Shown: one piece after another, positions 59,826-64,000 of the stretch
How the letters are laid out: every line of letters starts with the position of its first letter
Position numbering within the stretch: the first letter of the stretch is position 1
Assembly (NCBI RefSeq): GCF_009914755.1
Contig: NC_060932.1
Source: the human T2T-CHM13v2.0 reference genome, Homo sapiens
Strand: one strand, 5' to 3'
Length of the DNA stretch: 64,000 nt
Program-made: the position numbers and the translations under genes
The notes under the pieces: generated by a model
Told to the model about the DNA's origin: nothing
Seen by the model: the letters and a program-made list of their open reading frames with translations, nothing else
Database searches by the model: none

Positions 59826-62606
59826 TAAACACAGCAAAAAAATTGAATGTTAGAAGGTTTTGAGCTAGAGAAAAAACCTTGTCAAATTCTTCCTTTTATA
59901 GAGCATGAATGTAATAGAATATTTCATAATGAAAAATCATTTCCCAGTATGCTGGGCATCCATCTTTTTTTCCTTTTCTTTGTATTCCAAGTCACAATTC
60001 CACAGATATCTATGAATTAATTGAATCTTTACAGCATTTATGCAAGGTAGCCTAGAAACATTTTCAATGTTAATGCATAGTACTCTTAAGTGTATGTGTG
60101 TGTGTGTGTGTATACATATACATATATGTATGTCAGTATAGACATAACATGCAGGAAGCTTGACACCAATTTTTCACATTGGCAATGATAGTACCTACTG
60201 AAAACTAGAATTGTGAGAAGCCTCCTCATAATAAAAAATTCAATAAGAATAAAATTTTCAAAAAATATTAATTTCGTTATTTAAATAACATTAGAATGGA
60301 TATTTATTAATTATAAGTTGTATTTTACTTTTGAATTTCCTCAAAAAATTTGAATACTTGAGAATAAATTAATTTTTAATATGCATGAAAATTATTGTAC
60401 TCTAATTTATAATTTCGTATTTTAAAGTTTATACACTGAACAAAATTATATCTTATTTTTTATCCTTCACATTATCGCTGTTAAAAAAATAAAAGTATGC
60501 AAAAGTATCTATTATAAAACCATAATCGGGCAAGTAAAAAGAATATTATAAATAAATACATAGTAATTTATAAATTATAAGTGTTTACTACTGATTTAAA
60601 CATTGAACTTCTCTTAACAGAATACCTAGTTATGCACAATAAAAGTTGAATTCAAACAGATATATTTTGCTACTTTTTATCCTAAGAAACCATAGCTTTA
60701 CATATATTTTTTCATTTTTTTATTATGAAGGTATATTGTTCAATGAGTTTGATAGAACATGTTTTATTTGACAGTTGGATAGTTTTACACATAGCTTTTA
60801 AATACGTATTTAGACATCTTGTATATGAGAGCCTCTCTTTGGACTCTGGCCCTGACCCCTCATTACTGAAAGCAGGCCTGTAAACTGAAATAGTAAGATA
60901 ATGCAAACAGATCCATTTTCCCAGATTCCGACCTTTAGAAATAGCCAACAGGCCTAGACATGATTGATTTCCTGGCCCCTAAAGGTGAACTGTTGACATT
61001 ACAGGTAAACTTCCAGGACTCATTCTGTTCCTCTCCTGCTTCTTTTAAATTCCTCTTCTATTCTGTTGTTAACTCTTAGTTCTCACCTACAGGTTGTGAA
61101 ATAGCTATTTGTGCATTCTGCATTGTGTTTTGTATTTAGGTTTTGATCTTGGCTTAAGGTTGAGTCACCATGCAATTGCCAGCTTCCCTGATGGCTTGAG
61201 TAGTGAGGCTCAGTCTGGGCCACTTAGGAGCCTGTCCTCGTCTTTGGAGACTCAGCTGGAACCTGGCAGAATTAGCCCAGATTGCATTGTAGGTGGGAAG
61301 TCAGACAATTAACACCAATTCATTATTACCATGGAAACAAGATAAAGAAATCACTTTAATATAGGAAGGAAGAAGTTTTTCTTTGTATATCAAAAACCCA
61401 CATATGCAAAATACTACCAAAAATTCTACATATGTCATCTACACTTACAAATGTGTCAAGGCCTCTCTGTGGAATTCCATTTCTTTACTTAAATTAAAGG
61501 ATGTTTCTATCTCTGAAACAGACATGCTAAATATTATCTGTCACATGTATTTCTGTACCTTGTCTTATTAAATTTTAATGTTTGCTCAGTGAAATAACAT
61601 TGAATAAATCAATGCTAATAAGTATCAACATCTAAAATTCCATGTCTTGCATATATACCTGTCACCTCAGCATTACTATTCTGTACTTTAGAGAAATAAC
61701 AGGTAATTCAATTACCAAAAAACACATGAGAAAAACAAGATAGGAAGTAAATACCACATTTTCTGCGAACACTTTTTATTTTAGCTATTAAGAATTAAAT
61801 CCCTTCACTATTAGCCGCCCAAATACCTTCTGTGTGCAGTCTTGGTCAGAGATTGCATCTTTTCTGTTCTGACAGAAGCTGCAGGCTACAAACTCGCTAA
61901 GCCTTTTCCCATTATTTAACCACAAGTGACCCAAGCTCATCTAATGCACTGCTATTGGATAGAACTTTGGTCTTGAGCTAGAGATGCAGAAGCATGAGAA
62001 ATAATTGGAGGCAAAACTTAATATCCAGCAGTCATGCACCAGTATGGCCCTACTAGGTTTTTAGTTACAGACCATTCAGAGTATTCAGTGTTTGTATTAT
62101 ACAAAGAGATATATATTTTGAAAATTACCTACTCCTAGTTAGAGGTAATTCAACACAGGAACAGTGATAAGTGATGGCAAACTACTCCAGATGCTTAGTG
62201 TATCTTTCCTGCTTCCGTGGATTTGTCTATTCCCTAAACCCTGTCATCTGGGTTTCTACTTATCCTGTGGACACTCAATGCTATTTTGTCTAAAATGAGC
62301 AGGACTGGTCTCCTTTGCTTGCAAGAATATCTCTGTTCTATCCTACAATACAATGCTTCTGAAAAATAACATTTTTAGAGAAGTTTATAATGAAGAATTA
62401 AAGTTGATTAATATTCAAAAATAATCAGAATAACCACAAAATTTAACAATTGTAACAACCATCCCAAGAAATTATCCTAATAAGTAACAATGAAATGCAT
62501 TCATTTGGTGATTTTCAGAGTGCTTTTCCATCTATTACCTTACTTGACAATGGCAACAAGCAAGAGAGACCAGAAGGACAGAAAATGTTATTCCAATTTT
62601 ATGCAC

Positions 62607-62957
62607 TGGTAGGGTTTGGCTCTGTGTCTCCAGCTAAATCTTACCTTGAATTGAAATAACCCCCATGTGTCCAGGGCTAGACAAGTTGGAGATAATTGAA
62701 TCATGGGGCGGTTTCCTTCATGCTGTTCTCATGATGGTAAGTGAGTTCCCACGAGATCTGATGGTTTCATAAGGGTCTTCCCTCTTTGCTCAGCATTCAT
62801 TTTTTCTCCTGCCGCCCTGTGAAGAGGTGTCTTCCATCATGATTGCAAGTTTCCTGAGCCCTCCCCAGCCATGCTAAACTGTGAGTCAATGAAACCTCTT
62901 TATAAATTACCCAGTCTCAGGTATTTTTTCATAGCAGCATGAGAATGGACTAATACA
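62607..62957 (+). mobile_element. THE1 (C/D-like) solo LTR
   Basis: ggtttggctctgtgtctcc...gataattgaatcatgggg...gagaatggactaataca; TSD TGCAC/TACAC. Confidence 0.9.
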
Positions 62958-63680
62958 TACACATACATGATTAGATTGAGAACCAGACATTAATAAGCTT
63001 ACTTTGCCACAGCAATAGTTAGGTACAGGCCTGAGCCAAGAATCCAGCCTCCAGACTGTTGGCCCAGAATTCTTGTAAAGGAAATACAATAAGTTCAATT
63101 TTTCACATGTAATCTGTAAAGGCACAAGCCACATTATCAGCAATTATTGCAATTACATGTGGAAGGAAGGTAAGCAGTTATCCTAGATCTTAGAATAATA
63201 TTTAATTGCTTCACCTGCTTAATGTCTAGTTCACATGGATGGATAAGCACTCCAGCAGCGACCCTGTAGTAGTGTTCTTATTACCCAGTCAGAGTCACTG
63301 GATCATTTGTTAGATAATTTAAAACATTTATTATTTTTCTATAGAGTATATGCAGAAACTTGTATTCAAATGAAACTTTAGACAGATACCCAGAATGTAA
63401 ACAGAGAAGCCCTGATGCTCTGGTTGAAACAAGGACAGTAAGACAAGAGCCCTCCGATCCCCACACTTGTGACCCCTATAACTCAGGACCATGACTCCTT
63501 CAGAAAACTATTGATCTAGCTCTATTCTCATTTTACAAGTGGAAGTATGCAGGCCCAGGTAAATGATGTTGTTTTTGAAGTCAAGCCCCATATAAGAATT
63601 TTATAAAAGACCTGCAGCCCTGATTCACAGAGAAGAGTCTTTTTTCCCAAATTCAGAGGAACATTGGATCTCCAAAGTTA

Positions 63681-64000
63681 TTTTTTATTATTTCAATAGG
63701 TTTTGGGGGAACAGGTGGTGTCTGAGTACATAAGTAAGTTATTTAGTGGTGATTTCTGAGATTTTGGTGCACCCATCACCTGATCAGTGTATATTGTACC
63801 CAATATGTAGTATTTTATTCCTCATCTTCCTCTCATCCTTTCCTCTGAGCCCCCAAAGTCCACTGTATCATTCTTATGCCTTTGCATCTTCATAGCTTAG
63901 CTCCCACTTATGAGTGAGACTATACATTATTTCGTTTTTCATTCCTGAGTTACTTCACTTAGAATAATTGTCTCTAATTATATCCAAGTTGCTGCAAATG
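63681..64000 (-). mobile_element. L1PB 3' UTR; continues beyond the window end
   Basis: ttcaataggttttgggggaacaggtggtg...gattttggtgcacccatcacc...ttagctcccacttatgagtgaga. Confidence 0.85.

Overview
Human-type (primate) AT-rich genomic DNA, intronic or intergenic. I found no recognisable cellular protein-coding gene, RNA gene or CRISPR array. The long ORFs in the track that I can assign are LINE-1 ORF2, ERV gag/pro/pol/env, Alu or MaLR-internal remnants; the short remainder look like chance frames. Main contents: an older L1PA 3' half (1-3413); an internally deleted LTR10-type (HERV-IP10-like) provirus with both LTRs and a 4-bp TSD (5077-9974), whose 3' LTR keeps a near-consensus p53 site; an MST MaLR provirus with a nested THE1 LTR and a rearranged 3' end (34849-37791); and many Alu, L2, MIR, MLT and DNA-transposon fragments. 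The most notable item is a very young L1HS Ta-1 insertion (55739-59759, 15-bp TSD). It combines a 5' inversion missing about 1.07 kb with a ~1.25-kb 3' transduction and a second 15-nt tag between poly(A) tracts, consistent with two rounds of transduction. Other rearrangement scars are a 38-bp locally templated insertion inside an L1 (51608-51645 copied to 53048-53085), a short L1 with both an inversion and a 38-bp transduction, and five twin-priming-type L1 inversions in total. I see no evidence for a new biological system; the findings are unusual combinations of known retrotransposition and repair mechanisms. Subfamily names come from recalled consensus sequences and need RepeatMasker/Dfam confirmation; boundaries of old repeats are approximate.
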